Positions 38,250 through 51,325 of a DNA stretch of 64,000 bases are shown in pieces. Positions within the stretch are counted from its first letter, which is position 1. Every line of letters starts with the position of its first letter. The stretch is taken from the NCBI RefSeq assembly GCF_006345805.1, contig NC_042997.1, positions 146,382,001-146,446,000 of the forward strand, read 5' to 3'. Position numbers and translations under genes: made by a program. The notes below the pieces were generated by a model. The model was not told the DNA's origin, did no database searches, and saw only the letters and a list, made by a program, of their open reading frames with translations. This stretch comes from Octopus sinensis (Eukaryota).

Positions 38250-38458
38250 TTCTTTCTGCTATAGGCACAAGGCTTGAAATTTTACGAGTAGGGTATAGTC
38301 AATTACATTGACCCCAGCGCTCGACTAGAACTTACTTTATCGACCCCAAAAGAATGAAAGTAAAAAATCAACCTCGGCAGAATTTGAATTCAGATCACGG
38401 GTGAAATAGTGTTAAGCATTTTGTCATGTGTACTAACGATTCTACAAGCTCGCTGGCT
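38250..38458 (-). mobile_element. SINE family C
   Basis: Reverse complement of family C. Confidence 0.8.
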
Positions 38459-40504
38459 TATTATAGTGCTGATCAATACGTTTTACATGGTATAAAATTA
38501 TCATTGATATGGGGTGTCAAAAGGATATGTTTTATGATTTTGTTAAAGTTATTAGGTAGAATTGAAGCATAAAATATATCAAATTAAATTAATCTAAATT
38601 TAATCTAAAAGAAGGATTAAGAAAGAGTTTTGTTGTTTCTGTTTTTGCAAAAACCAAATTATAAAAAGATATTTAACAGGAAACAATTTTCATTTATCTT
38701 GTTAGTTTTATATTTGTCTTCGACAGTTTGGTGGATCGACAATAAAGGAAGAGTGTAAAACTTTTACATCATTAAGTTTGGTCTCTGGAAGTCCTGGGTT
38801 TAAATTCTTCCAGGATCGACTTCATTTCTCGTTCTTGTAAAGAAGCGTACAGTAAATACATAAACAAACTGAGATTGAAATGATCAGAAAATAAACCTTT
38901 CGAAACAAAAACCGAAAAATCTATATTCCTTGTATGATAATAACGAATTAGGTGATGGATTATATGTTGTACGATATTTACATCCGATTAAGTTGTGTGT
39001 TTATTTTCAGTAGGAATTGTCTTTGACTCTCATCATTTCAGGATCGATAAAATAAATAGCAGTAAATTACTTAGGTCAGTTTAAATGAAAACATCTCTCC
39101 TTTAAATTTTGTGCTCTTCTACTTAAGAAAATATTATATCCTGTTCGACTGTTACATGCTTTACGATATTTAAGACTCCATACTGATAAGTCGAACAGTA
39201 CAAATCTCCAGTTCATCACGTGGTTATATTTACAGTTAATATAATTTCGTTAGATTTACAGACATTGATTAACCTCCTCAACTTTATTTCTGTTACTGAC
39301 GTCTGTAATAATAATTTGCTGTAAATAGTTTAAATATTTCAACGACGTGCTCGGTGTGAGACAAAATTTAATGAAATGTACTGAACGGATTAAATTTGTC
39401 ACTCTTAGTAACCATTACTTTTGTAAATTTACGGCTAATATCATGCAAGACAGACTGAAGTATCTACTCGAATTTCATTGCAACAATTATTGTATTTATA
39501 AATTAGAAACAGTATTGGATATTGAATTAAAACGTAGTTAAGTGAATGTCAGTTTATTGACATTTGCAACGAAAGTAGATTAAATTTCACCGCTGAAAGT
39601 AAAGGAATATATCAGCATTTCACCAACGGAAAAATGCAAATATATAAGTAAATATTACATGGTAAATACTGTAAGTATAAATACGATAAATAGTTGCATA
39701 TCTTTTTCCACCAGCCTCAATATATATTTTTTTTAAATGGACACAACTTTCTGATGACTTGTTATCTACGGTAAGAGTCTTGCTGTTTTTGGTATAAAGG
39801 AATATGTTTTGAGATGCCACATTGCACTTTCTATTGTATACATGAAGGGAAAAAAAGACAGAGTATGAGAGGGTTCAAATCAAGTCGTTATAGCTCTATA
39901 TAGATTTGAATTCGGACAAAACACATATGGTTGTACAACATAACATATTTTTTTTCTTTTGCTTGTTAGCTTGATTATGGTCCGAAATCCAAGACCATGT
40001 GAAATAATGAAATAATCGCCGTAAAAATAAAAATTTCCGAAACTAGTAAAGTTAATCTTAGTTTGAGTAAGATTACATGCATGAAAATAATGTCATGAAT
40101 TGAGTTTTAAACTAAATAGTAGATAAAAGAAGCCAAGTATGAAAATATATTTCATTATCCAAAGACGAATGATAAAATAAGGAGACCTTTGCTTTAAAAA
40201 AAATTAAATTAAAATAATCCAATGTTTGAAAAGATATAGGAAAATATGGACCATGGTCGTAAAACGTAACGTTTCTACAGTAATTGTAAAATTAAAATTT
40301 AATTCCTTTGACGAATGTTTTCACATGAGTTCATAGATTTTATAAGGATCTACATGAATTTCTTGCTTGGATACATTTAACACTGGAGAAACCTGAATTA
40401 TATTTACTATGATATAACAGGAAACTTCATATGTCTTGTGATAGGCGGAAACGTCAGAGCAGCACTATTTTGTTGCAATATATCTCTTTGTTTTTAGAAT
40501 TTTA

Positions 40505-40914
40505 GATCTTTTCGGTTTGAACGGCAGTTTTTTAAAATAATTTCCACGTAACTAAACACTTTTAAACTTCGTATACTGGTAGAATGTGTTTATAAAACAT
40601 CTTTTTCCCTTGGCTTTATTGAGAAAATTCTATAGTTTGTAAGATATTTGTTGTTTTTTTTCTTCAATTCTGCAATTTCAACTAATCAATGACATCTATT
40701 GAGGTGAAAACATTCTGTGCCGTATGAATATGTCCCTCGTTTAAGAAACAGATTGGGTTTATTTACATTTCTGAAGAAAAAAAGATACCCTCCCCCCCCT
40801 AACCTTAACCCTAAAACAGATTGAAATGCAATAGATCGATACTAGGGTCATAATTATGGGTGACAATTTCATATGACACCTCTTGAAAAAACTGCCGTTC
40901 AAACCGAAAAGATC
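40505..40914. mobile_element. MITE with perfect 29-bp TIRs and internal TAACCC-like repeats
   Basis: GATCTTTTCGGTTTGAACGGCAGTTTTTT / AAAAAACTGCCGTTCAAACCGAAAAGATC; CCTAACCTTAACCCTAA at ~40798-40814; no clear TSD. Confidence 0.85.
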
Positions 40915-40957
40915 CCGTGTCAGTCCAGTAGGAATCCAACTGGTGTATTTTGAATGA

Positions 40958-41160
40958 TATTGGTTTCACATTTTTGTACAAGGTCAGTTATTTCGGGTGA
41001 GGGCGTAAGTCGATCACTTTGACTACAGTGCTCAACTGGTACTTATTTTATCGACACCAAAATGATGAAAGGTAACGTAGACCTCGTCGGAATTTGAACT
41101 CAAAACGTAAAGACGCTTTTTATTTTGCCCGGCGTGCTAACGGTTCTACCAGCTCGCCTC
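40958..41160 (-). mobile_element. SINE family C
   Basis: Reverse complement of family C; a more decayed copy follows at ~41236-41440. Confidence 0.8.
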
Positions 41161-41611
41161 GTTTATTGTGAATAAAGTATTCGAAAGCTATCGGCGCATT
41201 AATTTTTAATAGATTACTTATCATTGACAACTAATGATTTCTGATTTAAGCAGAGAGATAGCAATTGTGTGGAGGGAATTAGTCAATACCATCGACCCTA
41301 GTACAAAACTGGTTCATTATTTCATCAATCCCGGAAAAAGAAACAGGAATACTGACCTCACCGGAAGTTGAATCTGGAACAGGAAGAACCGAAAGAAACA
41401 CCGTGAGGCATTTTGTTTAACTCCAGCGATTCCGCCATCTATCAGTCTATTGAAATTATATTTCAGCATAAAGCAATCGCTTTCATTGGCAAAAACTCAC
41501 TTGAACATGCTTTTCAAATCATCAGCAGTCAAAATCATGTTGAAACTATTTCTGTCTGCCGTGGTGTTATTTGAAGTGGTCGTATCATATAACTAAATTT
41601 TTGAATAAAAC

Positions 41612-41820
41612 ATTCTTTTCTACTCTAGGCTCAAGGCCCGAAATGTTGGCGGAGGGGGCCAGTCGATTAGATCTACCCTAGTACGTAACTGGTACTTAAT
41701 TTATCACCCCCGAAAGGATGAAAGACAAAGTCGACGTCGGCGGAATTTGAACTCAGAAAGTAAAGTCAGACTGTTAAACATTTCGCCTGGCGTGCTAACG
41801 TTTCTGCCAGCTCGCCGCCT
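41612..41820 (-). mobile_element. SINE family C with TSD
   Basis: Full-length; flanks TTTTGAATAAAACATT / TTTTGAACAAAATATT. Confidence 0.9.
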
Positions 41821-42686
41821 TTTTTGAACAAAATATTGGATGGCCAAAGGTGTATGTAACACAATCCACACGAACTTTGGCAAAGGCGTTTTATTCGAAA
41901 TACTATTTTTGCGGATGGATTATATATATAAGAAACAGTCCATATATTTCGTAGCTAGTAGAACTTCGGAAGTAATAACTATCCATACATATTAGAAAAT
42001 ATTTGAAAGCAATTTACTCATTATTATTTTACATACGAAGCTTGGATTTTAACTGCTCCATTCCCTAATTTTGGATTTCTATTTGCATTCACAACAACCC
42101 TTACTGTTAATTGTAAGCTATACAACCATTTTATCAGCTTATCGAACTTCGATACTTCCCGTATCGAAGTTCGATATTGTTCCTGAAAATTGTTTTTTTT
42201 TTACCTTCTACGGACTGCTCGAAGCTTACTGTCTTCCTACACCTATTTTATTTTTTTGTTTTTGTTAGTTGCTGTTTGGAGTCAAACTTGGTTATGAAGA
42301 CGTATGTTCGATGGCATTCTTTGAGTGTCCATTGTGAAATTTATTGAGCTTGAAGTTATCCATTGTATGCCGATATTGGAAATAGATTGGGTGCTATTTC
42401 TTTCTTGCCGAGTAAAACTTTTTAATGCCAAAGTACAGTATTTCATCTTACAGATTTAATAGATTTAAGTGTAGCTCACAAATCATTGACGTCTTTTAAT
42501 TTATATGAAACACAGATCAAAAGGTTTTGTTCCTACATGAAACTGTCATCCACCTGATCACAACGCCAGTGATATTTCCTGATGGCATTTGATATTTTGA
42601 ATCATTAAATATTCAGGTACCCTCATACAGACAACTGTGTAAGCGTTTATTAAGCTCTAGCATGTCTAGTTAGTATCATGCCAGGT

Positions 42687-43008
42687 GTGAAGACGTGTAG
42701 TTTAGAGGTTAAGGTATTCGGCTTACGATCGTAAAGTCGTGAGTTCGATTCCCGGTGGCGTGTTATGATCTTGAACAAGACACTTTATCTCACATTGCTC
42801 CAACCCACTCAGCTGGCAAAAATGAGTTGTACTTGTATTTCAAAGGGCCAGCCTTGTCACATTTTGGGTCACGCTGAATCTCCCTGAGGACTACATTAAG
42901 AGTATGCATGTCCGTGGAGTGTTTAGCCACTTGCACATTAATCTCACGAGCAGGCCGTTCCATTGATCGGATCGACTAGAACACTCATCATCGACGGAGT
43001 ACCTTCTT
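42687..43008 (+). mobile_element. SINE family B (tail ii)
   Basis: Head with GAGTTCGATTCCCGG, CORE-like centre, tail shared with 13140-13325. Confidence 0.85.
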
Positions 43009-43422
43009 TAAAAAAAATGATGCCTGGTAATACTACCCATTCAGTGGAAAACACCTCCAGATCCACAGCCACTTTGAGACAAATTTTGCCGCCTTTATGA
43101 CCATGTCGACAACCTTTTGCCTAGTGACCTCCATGATGCCCAACATGTTGAAGGCTCTGCAGCAAAGCTGATCCTTAATATATTTGGAAGCGTTGAAAGT
43201 GCTTGATGGAAGTGTAGGGAAATGCTGAGAGCGTATACTCAGAGTGGAGAGTAAAAAAAGGGGCGTATATATTTTGATGGATGGGAAAGCGTGATAAAAA
43301 ATAGCGTAACTGGAGTAAAAAAAAGAGACAATGAAATAAAATTATTAATAATAATGTTTTTAACACATCAAATTTACACCTGCCAAAAGCTATCACTTGA
43401 AAACAAAACAAAAAAAAAATAC

Positions 43423-43432
43423 TTTATTTATT
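43423..43432 (-). promoter_or_regulatory. Candidate polyadenylation signal(s) of the zinc-finger gene
   Basis: Overlapping AATAAATAAA on minus strand ~480 nt past the stop, followed by a U/GU-rich stretch; alternative AATAAA at ~43552 and ~43631. AT-rich context makes chance hits likely. Confidence 0.3.
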
Positions 43433-43904
43433 GAGGTACAAAATAGACCTTTTACTTTTCGAAGATATTCTTTGAGATGTTCACATTTTCGATATTTTAT
43501 CGAGTCATATCAAGAACCCCACCTGAAGAATATTTCAAATTATTATTGCTTTTTATTAATTACCAAACAGTTCCAATTTCGTCTGATTGTACAGGGGTTT
43601 ATGAATGTGCGTACCTGCATAAGTCTTTAGTTTATTATTAATATATGTTTGTGCAATGGCATTGTGCATTCATTCTGCATGTAGATATATCCGCAATCAT
43701 ATTTTCCCAAATATAATAATTATTTAACAGGACAAACAATAGTGTATGATAATTAGTTATATAAATAATTAGTTCAATAGATAGTCTTATTCATGTATTT
43801 CGATGTGATTCTGTGTGTGTATGTGTGTGTGTGCGTGTGTGTGCGTGTTTGTGTATGTGTGTATGTAAGGAGATATGTGAGTACATGTGGATGCGTTTGG
43901 TTAG

Positions 43905-45381
43905 TCAGTTTACATCGACTTCTTCGTCCTCAGAACAAACATCGTCATCAGAACATACATCACTGGGGTCTGGTTGATGACTGTGAAGGCTGTGAGGATT
44001 GTGTATGGTAAGGTAGCTTCTGTTCGGACTGTCCACGACCAGTTCATTGTTGTTGACCTTACTTCTGTTATTACTGTGAGATAGAGAGGCGGAATTAGTA
44101 ACGATTACACTCGCGCCATTACCACCATTTATTTTGTAGCGACTATTATTACTGCTACTAGTACTACTACTACTACTGCTAAGACTGACACCACTAACTC
44201 CACAAATGTCAATAGTAGCAGCCCCAACACTAACTCCGAGACCTACACCAGTATCACTTCCAGCACTACTACTAGCTACGCATAATCCAGCATTGTTACT
44301 ACCACCGCTACTACTATCTTTGCTATTGTCTCCATCTTGCCGTACATGAACTTTGCGATGTCGTTCAAGATTGCTTTTGTGACTTGTAGCATAATCGCAG
44401 ACAGAACACACAAAATCTTTCTGACCGTTATGAACAGACAGGTGTCTTTTAAGCAAGGCTTTTCGACAAAATCGCCGACCGCAATAGAAGCACGTATAGC
44501 CATGGTAATGAAATATCATGGCATGTTCACGAAGAGATGCTTTCGTTGTAAAAAGGATGCCGCAACATTCTAGAAGTTTGGAGCAAGCTTGATGCATTGT
44601 CAACATATGCCGCTTGAGATTGTTTCGCCGGTCAGTTGTATAACGACACTGTGGACAGGGGAATACTTTACGGCCATAGTTCAATTGTGTCAGTGAATCT
44701 GTAAAAACGGGTAACATGGAAGGGAAAGGATCAGTAGGATGGATCAATTTTTGATGCCCTTGTAAAGATGAAGTAAAAGATAAGGCTGAATGTTTACTGT
44801 CGGGTAAAAACTGTTGATGAGCTGCTGCTTGTAAGAGACTTGGTGTGGTCGCAGCTCCGTGGCTGTTGTGACCCATAGCTGGGATGAAGCTCGATACTGC
44901 TGCAGCCGCAGCAGATGCGCTTGCTGCTACACTCACGGCCGTATTTCCATGTATGTTGTAGCACGGACCGTCAGGAATACTGCCACCAGGGGAGACACCG
45001 TTGCTGCTACTACTTACACCGTTACTACATACGGCGCCACTGCCACCAACAACAACAATACTACCAGTGCCATTTCCACTGTTGGCACCACTGGTCACAG
45101 TTCCTGTTCTTGCTCCAACAGCACTGTTAACTGCGGCAGCAGCGGCGGCGGCTGCAGCAGCAGCAGCTGAGGCAGCGCTCCTGTGAAACGCATCTGCTGC
45201 TGAAGATAGTCGGTGGATGGTTGGAGGACAGAACGATGACAGACAATGTTTATCAAACGAATAGCGAGTCCCATCGAGTTTCCACGCGCTAAATGGTATT
45301 TGGCAGATCGATCGTCCGGGTGGTGCACAACGGCTGCCAGTATCCAAACATGAACCCGGTCCAAGTAAAGCCACAGGTGGT
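43905..45381 (-). CDS. Terminal coding exon of a C2H2 zinc-finger transcription factor (4 fingers at 44346-44663; poly-Ala, Ser/Gly-rich regions)
   Basis: ~490 uninterrupted codons, GC-richer than flanks; fingers FPCPQCRYTTDRRNNLKRHMLTMH, LECCGILFTTKASLREHAMIFH, YTCFYCGRRFCRKALLKRHLSVH, FVCSVCDYATSHKSNLERHRKVH; acceptor TTTCTTATTCTATTTTCAG| just upstream (AG at 45383-45382; 1 nt completes the split codon); TGA at 43907-43905. Confidence 0.92.
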
Positions 45382-45400
45382 CTGAAAATAGAATAAGAAA
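45382..45400 (-). promoter_or_regulatory. 3' splice acceptor (polypyrimidine tract plus CAG)
   Basis: Minus strand TTTCTTATTCTATTTTCAG|ACCACCTGTG, at the switch from AT/microsatellite to coding-like sequence. Confidence 0.8.
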
Positions 45401-45526
45401 CTCATATTATAGCAATATTGATAATATATATATATATATATATCAAAGAATTGGCATGTATAAACTAACATAAATAGTACCTTTATAATTGCACACATGC
45501 ATGCATACATACAGACATACATACAT

Positions 45527-45793
45527 GCTAAGTTTATTATTTAAGTATATATGAGCATGTCTAGACATGCAACTATATGGATGAGAATATATACATAAAA
45601 CATACAAATTACATATATACATACATAAAGCATTCATAAAACAAAAGTACAAATCTGCACATATACATACATACATTCATACAAATATACCCTGTTGTTG
45701 ATGTTGAAATTCCAATGAAGGAACCTTGGATCTAGGCTAGAAACCGGCTCTTTCTCTATTGGCAAAAAATCTTGAAATAAAACTGAATAATAG
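45527..45793 (+). mobile_element. RLE LINE 3' UTR, subfamily 1, in CATA repeat (intronic, antisense to the ZF gene)
   Basis: TTTAAGTATATATGAGCATGTCTAGA...CCCTGTTG...GGCTCTTTCTCTATTGGCAA.AAATCTTGAAATAAAACTGAATAAT matches 31297-31647. Confidence 0.85.
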
Positions 45794-45849
45794 CATACGT
45801 ACAAACCCGAGACCCTAGCAAGTGGCAGTATTCCATCACCATCGGAACC

Positions 45850-46070
45850 AAGAACTTCGGAGGCATAAGAAGAGAAAAGGAAGAACCTAAACGGCAGGAG
45901 AGAAAGGTTAGACAAAATCAACCACGCTCTCCATCGAACATTACCATGCAGTCAATGCGATCGACTCTTCTATGTAAGAATTGGTCTACAGAATAATCAC
46001 GCCATCACCATAAAGGAAGCGTTCAACAAAGAAAATAAATTTTCGGATACGAGATAAAGCCGACAACGAC
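45850..46070 (+). mobile_element. Probable RTE LINE C-terminal remnant
   Basis: EEKRKNLNGRRERL...LPCSQCDRLFYVRIGL resembles the RTE terminal CxxCxRxFxxRIGL motif. Confidence 0.5.
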
Positions 46071-46434
46071 GATGATATATAAATATATATATATATTATA
46101 TTGTATATATATGATATTATATTATATTATATTATATTATATTATATTATATTATATTATATCATATTATATTATATCATATTATATTATATTAAAGGAA
46201 AATGGACAAAAAACCAAGGCGGTTGTTAATTTTCCTTTAATATATATATATACCTGCTGACTCGGAAGCCTACAACGGATCCCTATCTCCAGCCTTAGCT
46301 GTGAACTTGGAACCTAACAGATGATCAATCATAGTACTTGTGCAGCGTACCTATTGGTTTAGATTATCAGTGAAGTAAACCCCTTATATTCTTTACACAT
46401 GCATACCTACATATATATATTGTATATATATGTA

Positions 46435-47230
46435 TTGGGTCATCCCATAAATAATGCGGCTTTTTATATTTCTTTTATATTTCAAAATTAAGATAAACGA
46501 AGTTCCTTTTTAATCTAAAATATACTCTTCTTCATTTTATATAAATTTGCAAGTGTACCTGGTAGACTTGCAAGGCCCCTCTTCCAAAATTCACTTCTCC
46601 GTGACGAAAAATGCTCCTCCAGTACTGTTGTGACCTCGGCTACAAAATTCATTTTTTTCCGATGGCGAATGTAGTGGGTGGGGCATCGCTTCCCATTCAA
46701 ACTGCTCCAACCTTTCAAATGTCATCCTCGCTGTATGTTACCGAGCATTATCCTGATGGAAGAATACCTTTCGTCTTGAAAACAAAGATGGGTGTTTTTC
46801 TTCTACCGCTGACTTAAGCCGCTGAAGCTGCTCACTGCAGATCTCCTTTGTTATCTTTTGGTTTGGGTTTAAAAGTTCAAAGTGACAAAACCTTTCATAT
46901 CCCACCTAACAGATAACAACACCTTACGCGGGTGAAGACCTTCTTTAGCCTGGGGTGCTCGTGTTTCTCCTTGCCCTACCCACTGTCTTCGGCACTTGAC
47001 ATTTTTATAGACATTTTTCTATACATTTTTCTCGTCACCAGTCACTATTCGGTCCCAAAAATGTTCATTCGTGAGACGTAACAGAAAAGAAGAGCACACA
47101 TTCACTCTCTGCACGCGATTAGACTCGGAAAGTTTATGACGAAACTATTGACCCAATTTGCTGACTTTTCCGATGACACACAGGTGTCAATGAATGGTTG
47201 AATGACCAAATCCAAGCTTCTCTGCTAGAT
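46435..47230 (-). mobile_element. Decayed mariner (DD34D-type) transposase with one TIR
   Basis: Broken minus-strand translation LAEKLGFGHSTIH...KVSKLGQ...HKLSE, RIVTGDEK, LHPRKVLLSV.WD, FHQDNAR, FWKRGLASLP; terminus TA|TTGGGTCATCCCATAAATAATGCG at 46433. Confidence 0.85.
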
Positions 47231-47931
47231 TTTGTGTGAGCAACTCAGCTAGATTTTGTGTGAGCGAGTACACACGTATGTTTCTAATGTATCTATTTAC
47301 ATCTGTATGAGCGTGTGTGTGTGTGAATTTGTGTGTGTATGAATTTGTGTCTGTGCGCGCGTGTGTGTGCGTGTGTGTGTATAGTATTTTCCTTACGTGA
47401 AGATAAATATTTAACACAGAAAATATATTGAAGAAAAAATAGCCATGTTTAAAAAGCAAAGAATATTAAAATACAATGGTTAAAAAACTTACTGAACAAT
47501 TTAAAAAGTTTAATTAATAAAAAAGCACATTTGGTAAGAATTAATTTAATTATAGTACAGTAATCCAGATACTTGCTTATTTGAAAATAATTAGTTAGGA
47601 AATTAACATTCTCTTGTATTTTATTGCAATCAATTTAATTACGCAACATTTCGATCAATAATCTCCATGATGACAGCACCTGAAGATGATTGAATAGTTC
47701 ACCTATCGAACTGTTACCTAATTAAATGCAATTAATTTTACTTACAAGAGATTAAATATGCGAATAAATATTTCTTTGAGTAACGATATTAAAAAACAAT
47801 TTAGTTCAATTCAAAACAAATCTTCAATAAGCATTTAAGTGTAACATATTAAAATATTTCATACTTTAATTAATTTCTACACCCACATCTTTTATAGACA
47901 TACATTCACACACACACATACACACATATAT

Positions 47932-47966
<35 letters not shown>

Positions 47967-47971
47967 CCTTA

Positions 47972-48095
47972 TTCTTTTACTTGTTTCAGTTAGTTGACTG
48001 CGGCCATGCTGGGATACTGCCATAAAAATGGGTTTACTCGAACAAATCAACCCCCAGGACTTCTGGTTGTCAACCGGAGGCTGGAGGACAAACGC
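47972..48095 (-). mobile_element. SINE family A, 3' fragment
   Basis: TCTTTTACTTGTTTCAGT...GACTGCGGCCATGCTGG. Confidence 0.75.
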
Positions 48096-48159
48096 ACACA
48101 TACACACACATACGCGCACACACATAGATATACATACATACACTCAAACATGAATATAT

Positions 48160-48680
48160 ATATACTACGTATGTGGAAAATCGGTGTTTGTTTGTGGCGT
48201 TGTTAGCTAACTCCTCCTACATCTTTTATTGATTTTGATGAAACTTGACATGTGAGTAGAACTTGTGTCTGGAAACCTCATGACATACTTAAATTGTTGA
48301 AAAAAATCGATAATAGGGCCCCTGGAAAGGACCTTTGTATCTACCACATATAACTAATTTTTTTAAAGAACCCAAGGGAAATAACCCATAGCACGTGTAC
48401 AATATTTTTTAAAAAACACTCAAGGGAAATAATCCATTTCATTGTTATGTTCGATTACTTGGAATATTAATTTTTGTGTGTGTCCTATTTCTAATTTTTG
48501 CAGACAATATCACTTTTATACTTTATTTGACACGTGAGTAGAACTCATGTCTGGAAACTTCGTGACATACTTAGATTGTTGAAAAAGAATCGATAATAGG
48601 CCCTTCTAATGGATCCTTCTATCTACTAGATATTACTAATAATTTATTTAAACAACCCAAGGAAAAAACACATACCACCT
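48160..48680 (+). mobile_element. Helitron-like non-autonomous repeat with internal duplication; paralog at ~59530-59800
   Basis: TTAGCTAACTCCTCCTACATC...GATTTTGATGAAACTTGACA.GTGAGTAGAACT..TGTCTGGAAAC occurs at 48200 and 59580; sub-repeat again at 48527-48665. Class assignment is by resemblance only. Confidence 0.55.
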
Positions 48681-48993
48681 GCAGATTTTAGCAAAGCGAT
48701 CAATATTTGATCAATTCTGCATTTCACTACTCACAGTTTTGAACTGCTAAACATTATTATTGCACTTCCTTAATTTGAATCTTAAAATTAAAAACTTCAT
48801 TCATACATTTCTATACATACATACTATTTTGAATGCCCATTACTCTGATAATTCTGCATTTTTACGGTTACACTTTTTTCATGACAGTAGATATATTTTT
48901 TATTCCCCAACGTATTTGTAGTGGCTTCATGTAGGCATAGCGTGGATTCGATCCTCGAAGGCTAAATTTTATGTGTGTAGCCATACACACTCA

Positions 48994-49039
<46 letters not shown>

Positions 49040-49925
49040 CTTGTGTCCACGGTTCCTTGGTGGAGTAGTAAGGACACATGTGTGACATGCGACGTGTCTC
49101 TTTGGTTTGGTGGGGTTCATCGCTATCCAGGCTTGAGCACAAAAATAGAAAGACAGCGGTAGAGAGCAAAAGAAAAGAAAAAAAAGATCGACCAAATCAC
49201 AGAACTGGTACTCTTGTGATTTATTAAAAGAAGGAAATCACTTCCGTAGGATTTGAATTCAGATCGTACACGATCGGAACGATTAGAGAAAATCGATCTA
49301 CCAAACTGTAACGATGTAGCACATCAGCTACATACACCCCTACACGCTTGCAAACGCAAAAGCATTTATATGTATTTGTGTATTACATGTATATGTGAGT
49401 GTGTGTATGTGAGTGTGTGTGTGCACAAGTTTGTATTTGTTCTTGTTCAATAGTAATATTGTTAGTTGTTTGCAAGAGCATTATTCTCCACACTTGAATA
49501 AATGCTTGTCGTCTTTTAGCATTTATAAGGTCCATAATTGCAGTTTACCCACCGTCGTTGCTCCAATGTACTCCTGTTTCTGTTTCAAGTACTGAGAATA
49601 CAACAGACTCTATTAATTTACTGGTAAAGCACATTAAAATCAATTAAGCATGAATGAATCTATGCGTACACTGGATTAATGATTTCCAGCACGACAAAAT
49701 CTGCATCCTCTATCAACCTATATAGAATGAGAAGTAGCCGTCAAAAAGCAGCAGGGATGCTTATAGATGTGTGTGTAGGAGGGGTCAGTGTTTCAGTGTG
49801 TACAGTATCATATACATATATATATATATATATATAATATATATATCCCATTTCAACTATATGACATATGGCTTTAATTTTTAAGATATTAAGTTCTAGC
49901 TTAAGTATTATACCCGTTCTTTACT

Positions 49926-50005
<80 letters not shown>

Positions 50006-50011
50006 TATATA

Positions 50012-50079
<68 letters not shown>

Positions 50080-50840
50080 TTGATGTGCGTGTGTGTGTGT
50101 ATGTGTGTAAAGAGATGGAATGGCCAAAGGAGGCCTTGAATGTCTTTGACCATAGGTCAGTTTGATAAGGACTGACTTTAGATTAGATAATAACAGCATC
50201 GACGCCCACATGCTAAAATTAACAACTAAATCAAGGATAGCCAGATTGCATTGCAAGTAACATATTGCGTTACCATTTGGGCTGCACACTTTTACATGTT
50301 TTTTCTTTCTTAAGTAGGGCTTTCTAATTTTTTGGTTTACTTAAATTTTTGTAGGTGCTGTATAACTACTTGTATGCTCCATAGCTCCTTATTCATTTGG
50401 CTAAAATAATATTTCCGGTGAATCAGTAAATTTTATACACTATAAAATCTGTTTTATAATACGCTCAAGGTTTGAAAACAAAGCAGCCGTTGTACTATAA
50501 TTTTTATGAATCGTGTAATTATACTGCCATATGAAACAAAATTATCGAACTCAGGATTTAGACACTGGCGGTAGGCACTGTGAGTAGCCCTGCTTGACTA
50601 GAGTTTGCTTGTATGAATAAGCTTCACCAGTATTGGCGTGACTGGTAATTATAAACAGATTTAAATGTTTAAAATAATTTGTCGTTTTAAAGATAATTTA
50701 AGAACAATAATGGAATATTTACTGATGGGATCACTCAATACATGAGTAGAGTCAAACTTTTAACATCTGAATTGTCTGTGACTTCAGGGTTTCATCTGAC
50801 GGCTTGTTCAACTAAGTCCAGTCAGCTCGGATTTTACAAT

Positions 50841-51028
50841 GTGGCTGTGTGGTAAGTAGCTTGCTTACCAACCACATAGTTCTGGGTTCAGTCCCACTGC
50901 GTGGCACCTTGGGCAAGTGTCTTCTACTATAGCCTCGGGCTGACCAAAGCCTTGTGAGTGGATTTGGTAGACGGAAACTAAAAGAAGCCCGTCGTATATA
51001 TGTATATATATATATATATATTATATAT

Positions 51029-51102
<74 letters not shown>

Positions 51103-51325
51103 CTGTGTGTGTGTGGGTGTGTGTTTGTGTGTCTGTGTTTGTCCCCCCAACATCGCTTGACAACTGATGCTGGCGTGTTTACGTCTACGTAACTTAGCGG
51201 TTCGGCAAAAGCGACCGATAGAATAAGCACTAGGCTTACAAAAAATAAGACCTGGGGTCAATTTGCTCGACTAAAGGCGGTGCTCCAGCATGGCCGCAGT
51301 CAAATGACTGAAACAAGTAAAAGAG
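50841..51325 (+). mobile_element. SINE family A, near full length
   Basis: Near-identical to the 34751 copy, with a longer internal (TA)n(TG)n. Confidence 0.95.

Noticed and set aside
44276-45364. Overlapping alternative-frame and antisense ORFs in the zinc-finger exon
   Set aside because: Shadow ORFs of a GC-richer coding exon.
45372-45374. ORF-track start 'M' of the 489-aa protein
   Set aside because: It is a GTG seven bases inside a splice acceptor; a prokaryote-style start call, not a eukaryotic initiation codon.
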